Source: a virus (lineage: Duplodnaviria > Caudoviricetes). From it: a stretch of DNA of 53,661 bases. Positions within the stretch are counted from its first letter, which is position 1, and every line of letters begins with the position of its first letter. The position numbers and the translations under genes are program-made. Below, in pieces: positions 34,976 to 44,715 of the stretch. The stretch is taken from positions 1 through 53,661 of IMG/VR virus record IMGVR_UViG_3300037634_002371, one strand, 5' to 3'. The notes beneath the pieces were generated by a model. The model ran no database searches. It was not told the origin of the DNA and saw only the letters and a program-made list of their open reading frames with translations.

Positions 34976-35424
34976 TAAGCAAGCTCTGCATAAACTTTAA
35001 CAGCGCCGTTTGATAATGTTTCGTATTTCCCTTTTAATTTTAACTCTTTACCTTTATGAGATATCCCGTCATCATTTATATCAGAGCCATCAGTATCTTT
35101 ACCGAAACGACCGCCAAATTGAGTTAGACCAGTTTCAAATGTTCCTGTTTTATCTTCACCCAATTTAATTTCATCTTTAAAACCAATTCCAATTTTGCTA
35201 ATAGAATCTCTTAATTGATTTATAGCACCTTGTGGATTTAAATACTCTCTATCAGCAATAGAGCCAACAAAAGCACTTACTCTTTTTACTATTTCAGGCA
35301 GATGTATATTGTGTACGCCTACTGAACCATCCTCTATTGGATTTTCCATAGTGTTTGTTCCAACACCTTGAGCGTCACCAACATAACCTTTGCCTTCGTT
35401 TATATGTTGTTTAAATGTCTTCAT
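34975..35424 (-). CDS. putative capsid-internal protein
   Basis: N-terminus MKTFKQHINE matches the T4 capsid targeting sequence pattern. Confidence 0.6.
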   Translation of the reverse strand: MKTFKQHINEGKGYVGDAQGVGTNTMENPIEDGSVGVHNIHLPEIVKRVSAFVGSIADREYLNPQGAINQLRDSISKIGIGFKDEIKLGEDKTGTFETGLTQFGGRFGKDTDGSDINDDGISHKGKELKLKGKYETLSNGAVKVYAELA

Positions 35425-35449
35425 TACTCTCTTCCTTTTTTTGCAACTT

Positions 35450-35719
35450 TTATGATGTTGCTAAGTTTAGTGCCTGTTGTTTATCAGCAGGCATACCTTT
35501 TTCTTTTTCATTTAGCAATACTTTTTCATCCTTTTTAGGTTGAACTTTTACAAGTAATTTATCCACTTGTTGTATTGCGCCAAAAACAGCATTTAGATTA
35601 CCTTTCATAGTACCTAAATCTTTTTCAACTTGAGCAATTCTACCAGTTAAGGTATCAAAATCTGTTTTTAAAGTTGCTCTTTCTTCTTTTAATATTGTTT
35701 CATCAATTTGCATTATCAT
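35450..35719 (-). CDS. coiled-coil hypothetical protein
   Basis: 89 aa, AGGAG SD. Confidence 0.7.
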   Translation of the reverse strand: MIMQIDETILKEERATLKTDFDTLTGRIAQVEKDLGTMKGNLNAVFGAIQQVDKLLVKVQPKKDEKVLLNEKEKGMPADKQQALNLATS

Positions 35720-35737
35720 CTCCTATTATTATAAAAA

Positions 35738-36199
35738 TTACGCTGTTGTATAACCATTACCAGCAATTATGTTCCAATTAGAATTTTTAAAAACTAACGT
35801 AACACTTTCGCCTGGTGCGTTTAATACTGCACTTGTATAACCTCTTAAATTTGTAGGTGTTATAGTTTGTGCATATGTTCCACTTCCAGCCACATTAAGA
35901 ATTATCTTAACTTGACCATCTGAACCATCTGCTAATCCAACTGTAGCAGTTCCTGCTGTTCCAACGATTTCTGTAATCGCTGTAGTTACATTTGCTGTTA
36001 AAGCTGATGAACCATCACTAGTTAATGTTTGTGATGTTTGTTTAAAACCCAACCAAGAAGGCATATTATTAAATACGTCCTCTGCTGAAATCTTTTTATT
36101 AATTGGTGTAACTGACGGATCATCAATTACATGGAATAAATCTTCAGTCGCTAAAGAATTTCCTAAATCCGTAAGCGCTGTTACTTTTTTGTCTGCCAT
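35738..36199 (-). CDS. putative virion structural or decoration protein
   Basis: [12 protein letters not shown] start, T/G/A-rich beta C-domain, strong SD and late-type promoter. Confidence 0.6.
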   Translation of the reverse strand: MADKKVTALTDLGNSLATEDLFHVIDDPSVTPINKKISAEDVFNNMPSWLGFKQTSQTLTSDGSSALTANVTTAITEIVGTAGTATVGLADGSDGQVKIILNVAGSGTYAQTITPTNLRGYTSAVLNAPGESVTLVFKNSNWNIIAGNGYTTA

Positions 36200-36275
36200 T
36201 TGTTTTCTCCTCTAAACCCCTTTGTGGGGAATGCTACTGTAGGTATTTTCCTACATCACTTTGTTTATATATTTA

Positions 36276-36295
36276 GGGTGGCCCGAAGGCCACCC
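36276..36295 (-). terminator. C(UUCG)G hairpin after 36315..36623, overlapping a CTAAATA late-type element
   Basis: GGGTGGCC-TTCG-GGCCACCC perfect 8-bp stem; no U tract, so it may be a stabiliser rather than a terminator. Confidence 0.55.
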
Positions 36296-36314
36296 AATTA
36301 ATTAATATTAATTA

Positions 36315-36623
36315 TTAAGCGTCTGCACTATTTGTCAAACAAGCTAAAGTTTCATATTGAATCCTGCTTGCTCTGCCATCAGTTCCAGTCGTCTTCAAAA
36401 TCCATCCAACGTGAGCAACTTTACCCGATTGTGTTTCAGCGTCTTTATAATTAAAAAGACCTACTGTAACATTCGTAATTAAGTTATCTTCCGTTGCATT
36501 GTTAAAAAGCAATCCACTACCTGCACTTCCGCCCGAATGCATTAGAGCAGCTGTAGGTGCTTTATGTATTTGCATTAGTGACCATAATGGAGCACTAGTG
36601 CCTGTATCAGTATTTAACATCAT
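36315..36623 (-). CDS. putative small virion protein
   Basis: own late promoter and AGGAGG SD; AHVGW...GRASRIQYETL. Confidence 0.65.
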   Translation of the reverse strand: MMLNTDTGTSAPLWSLMQIHKAPTAALMHSGGSAGSGLLFNNATEDNLITNVTVGLFNYKDAETQSGKVAHVGWILKTTGTDGRASRIQYETLACLTNSADA

Positions 36624-36670
36624 ATTCTGTTCCCTCCTTTTATTAAGGTACTCATTTTTGAATACAATAC

Positions 36671-36678
36671 TATTTATA
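36671..36678 (-). promoter_or_regulatory. T4-type late promoter
   Basis: TATAAATA, intergenic, minus strand. Confidence 0.7.
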
Positions 36679-36681
36679 ACA

Positions 36682-37188
36682 CTAAAATCCTAACCTTTTC
36701 AGTTTAGATATTGTATTATTAGTGTTTGTATGATAAATTCCTATACCACCAACACGTGTAAATTCATCTACATTTGGTTTATAGTCATCTATTAGTATAA
36801 CTTTCTCACCATTACGAGAATGTATTTTAGCAAAAAGTTTTTTCTCACTTCTTAACACTAAATTAATTCTTCGTGTAGTAAGACCTAATTTTGTTTTAGC
36901 CCAATGTGTCTTACCTGGTATACAATTTGGATCAAAATCTTTAGCTACATATGCACTTAATATACTGGGATTGTATTTAGAAATGAAAGACCACAACTGT
37001 TTTCCACCTGATTGCCAAGGAAGGTCATACCAAAATCGTTTATTATTTCTGATTGCGTCCCACTTACCTTGACCTGATGGTATATTCATCCATTTGTTAA
37101 TAGACATACCTGTTGTTTTGGAAGCTGCAGTTTTAAAATCTGCTAGAACACCATCCATATCACAATATATTAAAGGTAATTTAGCCAT
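36682..37188 (-). CDS. HAD-family 5'(3')-deoxyribonucleotidase-like phosphatase
   Basis: YCDMDGVLADF motif I, ILS, GKTHW, LIDD motif IV, GGIGI. Confidence 0.85.
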   Translation of the reverse strand: MAKLPLIYCDMDGVLADFKTAASKTTGMSINKWMNIPSGQGKWDAIRNNKRFWYDLPWQSGGKQLWSFISKYNPSILSAYVAKDFDPNCIPGKTHWAKTKLGLTTRRINLVLRSEKKLFAKIHSRNGEKVILIDDYKPNVDEFTRVGGIGIYHTNTNNTISKLKRLGF

Positions 37189-37206
37189 ATGGATGATTAC
37201 CTTTTA

Positions 37207-40200
37207 TTATATTGGATGTACTTTAGGTTCAGTATCAATTTTTGCAGGTTTTTTACCTGTTAATGTCTTACCTTTTCCACCAGAAGTTGAAGCAACTAAA
37301 TCTTTTTCAACTTCTCTTTGATTTGAAGAAGCTCTTAAAGATTTAAAAGATTTATTTTCTTTTTTATTTTTTAGTATATCTGCTTTGTAAGGACCTCGTC
37401 TATCCATATGACCAGCTCCTTTAGCAATACCAGGTTTTAATTTTTGAACTTTACCACCTTTTGCTAAAAACGCTTTCATTAATTTATCCATCTCTTTTTG
37501 TTTTTCAGGAGTTACGCCTTCTTTTTTTGCTAATGGTTTAGCAATTGCTTTTTTCTTTAATGGTTTAGGTTGTACATTATTTAAACCTTTACCATCTTCA
37601 ACTTTAGCAGGTTCAGAACCATTGATGTAAATATTAGTATCTTCACTTACTACTTTAGCAGCTGCGTCAGCAAGTGAACCTTCTTTAGTTTCTAAATAAG
37701 ATTTTGGTTCTAATTTTATATTTGGTTCTTCTTTTTTAACTGTAGGCTGCTCAACACGTATTTTAGTAATACTATCTTCCAGGCTGCCTGTTCTGGTTTC
37801 CATATACTTATTTTCCATTTTTTTCTCCTCTAATTGTTGCCTATCAGTTTCAAGTCCTGATATGCCAAAATGTATATTATCTTCATTAACTTTAGAAAAA
37901 GAAGCCACTTCTCTTTTTTCTGTGCCAGGTTCTACTTCAGCAGCAATTGGTGTTCCTTTTGCTTTTAAAGCCTGTAATTCTTTTTCTAAATTTTTCTTTC
38001 TTATTATTACAGCAGTTCTCATTTGAGGATCCTTCATTTGTTTAGGATCAAGTTCAATAGTCTGTAATACCTTTTTCTTAGCATTATAATCTTCTATATC
38101 TTTTAATGCTGATTCATCTAAAATTTTTTCTTCATTTTTATATTTGTCTTTCTTTACAGGTTTACCACCTTTATCTTTGTAATGTGGTTTTGCCCCTTTG
38201 TTTTTTAAATACCAAGACAGAGCATAAATATTTTTATCTCCCTTTTCACCACCTAGTTCTGGATGTTTTTTCATCGCTCTAACTGAGCCTTCCCAACCTG
38301 GTGGAGATACTTCATGGACAGTTTTTAAATTATGTTCTTTAAAATTTAAACTATGTTTAGTTATTGAAATATCTTTTGCACCATCTTTTTTTAATTGAGC
38401 AGCTTTATCATCTGCGTCTTTTTTTATTTTATATGCAACAGCAAATCTTTTTCCATTTTTAGGGTCTAAATATCTTACTGCAAATCCTGGTTGTAGACCT
38501 TCTCTAAAAGTTTTAAAATCTTCTTTCTTTATATCTTCAGCAAGTTTCCAACCATCATCTTTCCATCTTTGTAAATCTTTCTTTTCAATTTCTTTTCGTT
38601 TACCATCTTTAGTAATTGTTATAACAGTTATATTACCAAATTTAAGGTCTCTAGCTTCTTCATCCATACGACCTTTTGATATAATACCATTAAGACCATC
38701 TTTTTTTAAACTTGCTAATGCCTTTTCAGCATCCTCTTTACTTCTATACCAAGCAGCAACAATTCCACTTTCTTTTTTCTTGGCAAATTTTACCCAAAAA
38801 CCCATGTCATTACTTTCTTTTGTAAAATAACCTTTAGGAAATTTTCCCTTTGAAGGATCAAAAGCAACTTTCCATCCTTTAGATTTCCATTTTGGCAATT
38901 CTTCCTGAGATATCTTTTTATATTGACCACCTTTTGTAATTTCAACTTCATACCATAACATATTTCCTGGGTCAGACCTTGTTGTACTTTTTCCCAAATA
39001 TTCTTCTACTTGTTCACTCCATATACCTGGTTTTCTCAATTCTTTTATTAATTTAGGAACACTTTTTAAAACTTGGTCTGCTTTTGCTTTTGTGAACAAA
39101 GATACTTGCGATTTGGGTTTAAAATATTCTTTCTTTACATCTTCAGCAAATTCTACATACAATCCTAAATGTGCAATACTTTGACCAACTAAATTAGCCA
39201 TTTTTAAACCTTCTTCTAATTCTACTTGTTCTTTAAAAAGGTCTCTAGCACTCAATTCTCTTACTACTGCAGGCACACTTTTTGAAGCTGTCTGTGCTGT
39301 TATTGTAAGCATACTATCTGTAAACTTTTTGCCATATTGTAATTTTAATACACGGTCAATCATTTCTTTATACATCTTCATATGTTCTTTTACTTTACCT
39401 ATCAAAATGGGAATTTTTGAACCTAACTCATTTAATATTTCTTCATCTAATTCTATATGTTCTTCTAATTCAACTTCTTCAATAATACCCCTATTCTTAC
39501 CAAAAGTTTTTGCACCATCTAACGATGGATGAGAACCTAATTCTTTAACTTTACCGTTTTTCAAATGACGCATTAAAAATTTATCTTGGCTACCACTCAT
39601 ACCAGAAGTATCACGCTTTAATACTAGAAAATAACCACCATCTGTTGCTTTTGCTCTAAAAACTATGTTTGCTTCATCTATATTACCATAAACGTCAACT
39701 GGTACAACTTTGTAACCATCGCCTTTTTGTTTTTTCATATGTAAAGCAGTATTATATCCAACTGATTTATCTTTTAAATCTGGAATTGGTTTGTTAGTTT
39801 TAGCGTCAACTACTTTATATTTTACATTACTATCTTCTGCCACTAAATTAGCGACCATTTCAGCAGCTGTATCTGGATGTTTTCCTTGTTTAATAAATTT
39901 GTTATATGCTTTTTGTTTTGCTGATTGTGTATTAGGTATAACACCTTCTTTAACTGCACCATATTTAAGTTGAAAATCATTATTACCTATAGAAGCAAAT
40001 AAACCTTTTGGTTTTAAATCTTTATAAAATTTATCTTTAAAACTAGCAAGTCTTTTTGAAAAATCTTTTAATTTTAATTTATCTTTCGGTTTATCTTTGT
40101 CTTCAGGTTTTCTTGGATCTGTTTCTTCATTAGCTCTCATTAAAGCAGTTTCAACATCTTTTACTTGTGATAAACCTTTTGCTATTTTTTCAATTTCTTT

Positions 40201-40581
40201 TGTAGCACGAGTCATATTACCTGCATATGTTTTAGCAATATCAATCGCTTTCTTTATTCTTCCTAATTGAGAAAGTCGCTCATCTTCTTTAATTTCTTTT
40301 TTCTTATTAGGTTTACCTTTGTCATCTGTTTCAGGTTCATTTTCAGCACTCAACCTTGACAATCTAATTTTATTTTTTAAATCTCCTAATTTTAATTTCA
40401 TATGAGCTACATCTGCTTTACCAATTGCAATTCTAGTTTTTTGGGAAGGATCAACATCCCTCATACTAGTTTCTTTATCTCTTATACTTACCGCTAGTTG
40501 AGCTGCTCTGTGTTGTTTACCTGTAGCTTTTGCTTGAGGTAAATCTTCAGCACCTTCTCTTACTTGTTTAAACTTTTGCAT
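37207..40581 (-). CDS. large modular putative head-internal polyprotein
   Basis: probable start MQKFKQVRE at 40581; K/E-rich, internal repeats, many [ILV]xE sites. Confidence 0.65.
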   Translation of the reverse strand: MQKFKQVREGAEDLPQAKATGKQHRAAQLAVSIRDKETSMRDVDPSQKTRIAIGKADVAHMKLKLGDLKNKIRLSRLSAENEPETDDKGKPNKKKEIKEDERLSQLGRIKKAIDIAKTYAGNMTRATKEIEKIAKGLSQVKDVETALMRANEETDPRKPEDKDKPKDKLKLKDFSKRLASFKDKFYKDLKPKGLFASIGNNDFQLKYGAVKEGVIPNTQSAKQKAYNKFIKQGKHPDTAAEMVANLVAEDSNVKYKVVDAKTNKPIPDLKDKSVGYNTALHMKKQKGDGYKVVPVDVYGNIDEANIVFRAKATDGGYFLVLKRDTSGMSGSQDKFLMRHLKNGKVKELGSHPSLDGAKTFGKNRGIIEEVELEEHIELDEEILNELGSKIPILIGKVKEHMKMYKEMIDRVLKLQYGKKFTDSMLTITAQTASKSVPAVVRELSARDLFKEQVELEEGLKMANLVGQSIAHLGLYVEFAEDVKKEYFKPKSQVSLFTKAKADQVLKSVPKLIKELRKPGIWSEQVEEYLGKSTTRSDPGNMLWYEVEITKGGQYKKISQEELPKWKSKGWKVAFDPSKGKFPKGYFTKESNDMGFWVKFAKKKESGIVAAWYRSKEDAEKALASLKKDGLNGIISKGRMDEEARDLKFGNITVITITKDGKRKEIEKKDLQRWKDDGWKLAEDIKKEDFKTFREGLQPGFAVRYLDPKNGKRFAVAYKIKKDADDKAAQLKKDGAKDISITKHSLNFKEHNLKTVHEVSPPGWEGSVRAMKKHPELGGEKGDKNIYALSWYLKNKGAKPHYKDKGGKPVKKDKYKNEEKILDESALKDIEDYNAKKKVLQTIELDPKQMKDPQMRTAVIIRKKNLEKELQALKAKGTPIAAEVEPGTEKREVASFSKVNEDNIHFGISGLETDRQQLEEKKMENKYMETRTGSLEDSITKIRVEQPTVKKEEPNIKLEPKSYLETKEGSLADAAAKVVSEDTNIYINGSEPAKVEDGKGLNNVQPKPLKKKAIAKPLAKKEGVTPEKQKEMDKLMKAFLAKGGKVQKLKPGIAKGAGHMDRRGPYKADILKNKKENKSFKSLRASSNQREVEKDLVASTSGGKGKTLTGKKPAKIDTEPKVHPI

Positions 40582-43021
40582 TTGCAAACTCCTTAAACGT
40601 TTTAACTTCAGATGTTCCACCCAATGATTTTCTCAATTCTTCTTTAGACTTGCTATATTTCTTTTTAAACTCATCATCACTTAAATGTTTCAAATCTATA
40701 GCAATATCTTTCATTCTTCCTTCAACCATATTGTCGCTAGTGTCAACCACTTTGTTAAACATCTTGTTATAAACTTCGTCTAATTTTACTTTCCACTCTT
40801 CCCCATAACGTTCCTTATATTTATCTATTGTATCTTCGTTATTTACCCATTCCTCAATGTCTTTTAAATCAACATTTTTACTAGCATTTACATTAATTAA
40901 ATTATCTTCAGGCGTACTAGGTTTATATGTTTTACCTTGAGCTTTAGGATCATAATGTTTTTCTCCTGGGGTAATAGATGAAGTATATTTTGCCCAATCG
41001 TGTCCCATATCATACGATTCTTTTTTCTCTGGTATACCATCTGGTAAATTTCCTATGCCATCTCTCTGGTCATATTTTGTTTTACCTTGTTTAATTTCTT
41101 TTGATTTCTTTTCTAAATCTTCAGAAAATACTGGCGTTTCAATTATATCATACAACCACGCCTTATGTAATTTACCATCTGCATTTTCTAAAGTCACGTA
41201 ATTGGTACCTCGTCTAACAATAATACCAGTTACATTATTACTAACATCATCTACAATATCTCCTACATCATATAAATGTTCCGTAATATACTTATCTCTT
41301 AATACCATATTGTTTAATTCCTTTTTCGTTGAAGCAGTTATAAATGGTTTAAATCGTAGCACACCTGCCATTGATGGAAGGCCGCTATCAAAACCTGCAT
41401 TTAATTTTTTAATTATTAATTCTTTTTTAACATGACTTAATTGTTTTTTCACATGGTCCTCATCTCTAGCAGAAATAACTCTAAAATCTTTCTTATCATT
41501 TCCTTTTTCCCATACTTGAAATCTTGGTAAATCTTTTACCTTTTCTACTAAGGAAGGATCATAGCTTGCAGCTAAATGCATTCCTTTTCTAGTTTGTTTA
41601 AATAATGCTTCGGCGTCTTTAGACCTTCCAAATGTTAAAGGTAATCCTTTTTTAAATGTTTTAAAATCATTTGCTTTTACAGCCGCTCTCATTTTACTTG
41701 CACTCATACCTTGAGCACCTTCAGCGTCTGGATCTCTTTCGCCAGCAGAAACAATATTAATACTATCAAAATTATAGTATCCGTGTCTGCTTTTTACATC
41801 ATTATATTTTTTTAATAGTGTTCTAAATTCACTAACTCTATCACTTCCAACAACCATTGACAATTCTGTATATTTCTTTTTATAAAATTCAGTTACTATA
41901 TCAATAATTATATTTGATTTACTTGCAGCCAAATGTCTAGCGTATCTAGGAAACATCCTTTTTATAGCTGCTACTTTATCTCTTAACTTCAAAGGGTTCT
42001 TATTTGAATCCTCTGACTGACTTAAAATAATTTTGTGGTCATCTGCTCTTACAGATAACAATTTTTGTAATAATTTTTCGTGTCCTATTGTAGGCGGATT
42101 AAATCGGCCAAAGGTAAACGCTATATGTCTACCTCTGGCCTCTTTTATTTTTGATAATGATTTCAGCTCTTCTGGTGTGATTTTACCATCTTCCATTATC
42201 TCTACCAAAGTTTTGTAAAATTTGAGATAATGATACTTTTCTAACATTTTATAAATCACATTTTTCGGAAGACGATTCTTCTCACCAAATTTTCTGATTT
42301 CATCGGGAGACATTATAGAATCGAAAGCATCCTTTCGGTCCTGCATAACTTTATCCCCCATATCAATTAATGTGTTAATAGAAGCTTTAATTTCATCTAA
42401 CTTTTTTGAAACTACTGTACTTAAATTTTCTACATCATCAGCAGATAAATTTTTTAGTTCCTCATAATCAATCATATCTCTTACGAGTTCACCTTTAACA
42501 ACATCTATTTCAGAAACACGTTTCTGAAAATCCGCAACGTATTTTTCGGAACTGAAAGTACCTGGTTCTGGTTTTCGAATAAACTCGTTTTTGTCTATAT
42601 CGAAAGTACCATCAGCCATCTTTCTGTTCTTATTAAATACGGCAGGATCTATGATAGAAAAATAGTTTATAATATGATTGCTAAGGCCTACCTTTTTACC
42701 ATTAGCAGTCCACTGGAACTCTCTTATCTTTGTGTGTACTTTTTCCTGTTCAGCTTTTGTACCAGGAATTTTAAATAAGATAGTTACATCTAAATCAGCG
42801 TCCTCTCTATATTGTTTTGTTAATATAGAACCGATTAGTGTAGTGTTAACTATTTCTCCAAATTTTTCAAACTGTTTAATTCCGTCTAGTAATTGTTTTC
42901 TCACAGAAGGCTTAAGTTTAGGATTATCTGTATCTGCATTATCAAATACAGGCTTAGCATACGTATTTCTAGGTATGTCTATTATTGATTCCTTAAAATG
43001 TTCCTTAAACCTTTTTAACAT
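40568..43021 (-). CDS. Pol-beta-type nucleotidyltransferase fused to HIGH-class cytidylyltransferase-like domain
   Basis: LIGSILTKQYREDADLDV; FGRFNPPTIGH, VVGSDR, SASKMR. Confidence 0.8.
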   Translation of the reverse strand: MLKRFKEHFKESIIDIPRNTYAKPVFDNADTDNPKLKPSVRKQLLDGIKQFEKFGEIVNTTLIGSILTKQYREDADLDVTILFKIPGTKAEQEKVHTKIREFQWTANGKKVGLSNHIINYFSIIDPAVFNKNRKMADGTFDIDKNEFIRKPEPGTFSSEKYVADFQKRVSEIDVVKGELVRDMIDYEELKNLSADDVENLSTVVSKKLDEIKASINTLIDMGDKVMQDRKDAFDSIMSPDEIRKFGEKNRLPKNVIYKMLEKYHYLKFYKTLVEIMEDGKITPEELKSLSKIKEARGRHIAFTFGRFNPPTIGHEKLLQKLLSVRADDHKIILSQSEDSNKNPLKLRDKVAAIKRMFPRYARHLAASKSNIIIDIVTEFYKKKYTELSMVVGSDRVSEFRTLLKKYNDVKSRHGYYNFDSINIVSAGERDPDAEGAQGMSASKMRAAVKANDFKTFKKGLPLTFGRSKDAEALFKQTRKGMHLAASYDPSLVEKVKDLPRFQVWEKGNDKKDFRVISARDEDHVKKQLSHVKKELIIKKLNAGFDSGLPSMAGVLRFKPFITASTKKELNNMVLRDKYITEHLYDVGDIVDDVSNNVTGIIVRRGTNYVTLENADGKLHKAWLYDIIETPVFSEDLEKKSKEIKQGKTKYDQRDGIGNLPDGIPEKKESYDMGHDWAKYTSSITPGEKHYDPKAQGKTYKPSTPEDNLINVNASKNVDLKDIEEWVNNEDTIDKYKERYGEEWKVKLDEVYNKMFNKVVDTSDNMVEGRMKDIAIDLKHLSDDEFKKKYSKSKEELRKSLGGTSEVKTFKEFANAKV

Positions 43022-43167
43022 TATCTGTAAATACCATCCATTATTGCTTTAACAAAGTCAGCATTTGCTTTCTTTGTTTTATCACAAATGGTTCCTGCTG
43101 TACTGACCGTTTCACTACAAAGTGCTTTTGAAACTTCAATACACCATCTTTTTATTTCTTTTAACAT
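43021..43167 (-). CDS. 48-aa hypothetical protein (not in ORF track)
   Basis: MLKEIKRWCIEVSKALCSETVSTAGTICDKTKKANADFVKAIMDGIYR, AAGGA SD, TAATG coupling. Confidence 0.6.
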   Translation of the reverse strand: MLKEIKRWCIEVSKALCSETVSTAGTICDKTKKANADFVKAIMDGIYR

Positions 43168-43169
43168 TG

Positions 43170-43652
43170 TTAGTCCTTTTTATGTTTGCCTAATATCTTA
43201 ACTATTTCCCAAGTACCATCATTATAATGATGTACTCTTGCGTCCACTAAATCACACATAAATGCTAATGACTCACCATCTATCTTGTAAGTAATACCAT
43301 TTATTTCTACACTATCTGTTTCGTCTGCTCTATTTCTCCAAGCCTTTTCAACTTCTCTTTTAGTCTTTAAGCAATCGGACATTGAGTTAGCACCTTTATG
43401 GTCAATTAATGTACCATCTGCAAAGACACATACTGCAAAAACTACTTCTGGTTTTTTGTGTTCGTGGTCACCTTCTACTGGACAAATTTGGTGTCCATCA
43501 TCTCCGCAACCTGTACAATCTGCATTTGCTCTTGTACTATGCAATACTACACCAAATATTATAGCGATTAAGAATAGAGCACCTAGTATTGTTGCCAACT
43601 CTTTAATACCACCATTTTTAAATCCTATTTTATCACATAATTTTTTAAACAT
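43170..43652 (-). CDS. membrane-anchored exported protein with Cys/His-rich segment
   Basis: TM, CTGCGDDGHQICPVEGDHEH, SDCLKTKR...FMC. Confidence 0.7.
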   Translation of the reverse strand: MFKKLCDKIGFKNGGIKELATILGALFLIAIIFGVVLHSTRANADCTGCGDDGHQICPVEGDHEHKKPEVVFAVCVFADGTLIDHKGANSMSDCLKTKREVEKAWRNRADETDSVEINGITYKIDGESLAFMCDLVDARVHHYNDGTWEIVKILGKHKKD

Positions 43653-43660
43653 ATTTCTCC

Positions 43661-44695
43661 TTACCTAATTGGTGGCACATACATTACGCCACCGTTTTTC
43701 CAAAGATTATTTAATCCTCTTTCTAAAGCAAGTGGTGTATTTGGTCCCACATTTCTTTCAAATGACTCTCCATAATTACCAACTTGTTTGATAATGTTAT
43801 AACCAAATTTCATACCAAGTCCTAACATTGGACCGATATAACCTTCCACACCTAATATTCTTTTAACTTCTTTATTTTTTGAAGTTAACATTAAATCTAC
43901 ATTATACATTGTGATACCTGCTTCTTCGGCATTTACCATAATGAAGTGTGTCCATCTAACTACATCTTCCCACTCTTGGTCGCCTTGTCTTACAAGTGGA
44001 CCTAATGGTTCTTTTGATATAATTTCTGGTAATACCATCCACTTACTAGGGTCTTCTGCACCAGCTCTCGCTGACGCTAATCCTGAAGCGTCTGTTGTGA
44101 ATACATCACACTCGCCATTAAATAATTTTGCCTTTGCGTCTTTATTGCCTTCAACATATATTGGTTGATATGCCATATTATTTTCTGCAAAATAATCGTT
44201 TAAATTTAATTCAGATGTTGTTTCTTTTGTAATACATACATACGCACCATCTAATTCTGTTGCACTCTTAATATCTAAATCTGTTGGTATTAAAAATCCT
44301 TGACCGTCATAGTAATTGACACCAGCAAATTCAAACATTAAGTTTACATCCCTACTGATTGTCCAAGTAGTATTTCTTGCAAGTACATCAATATTACCTG
44401 ACGCTAATGTTGGAAATCTTTGACTAGCATTTAATCCTATAAATTCTACTTTACTTGAATCACCAAATATAGCAGCGGCAACTGCTTTACAGAAATCTAC
44501 ATCTAAACCACTCCAGTTTCCGTTCTCATCTTGAGCAGAAAATCCTGGTAGACCTGCATTAACTCCACAAATAACATAACCTCTTTCTTGTACGGTTTTT
44601 AAAAGACCGACTTCTTGTTCTATTTTAACACTCTTTGTTGTATTACAACCAACTAAAAATAAAGCAACTAATAAACTCATTAATATTTTTTTCAT
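43661..44695 (-). CDS. aapJ: general L-amino acid ABC transporter substrate-binding protein (AapJ/BztA)
   Basis: CGVNAGLPGFS, GLDVDFCKAVAAA, RNTTWTISRD, YYDGQGF, ISKEPLGPLVRQGD, VGNYGE, PPIR; lipobox LVGC. Confidence 0.92.
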   Translation of the reverse strand: MKKILMSLLVALFLVGCNTTKSVKIEQEVGLLKTVQERGYVICGVNAGLPGFSAQDENGNWSGLDVDFCKAVAAAIFGDSSKVEFIGLNASQRFPTLASGNIDVLARNTTWTISRDVNLMFEFAGVNYYDGQGFLIPTDLDIKSATELDGAYVCITKETTSELNLNDYFAENNMAYQPIYVEGNKDAKAKLFNGECDVFTTDASGLASARAGAEDPSKWMVLPEIISKEPLGPLVRQGDQEWEDVVRWTHFIMVNAEEAGITMYNVDLMLTSKNKEVKRILGVEGYIGPMLGLGMKFGYNIIKQVGNYGESFERNVGPNTPLALERGLNNLWKNGGVMYVPPIR

Positions 44696-44715
44696 ATCAT
44701 CTATCCTATTTAGGC

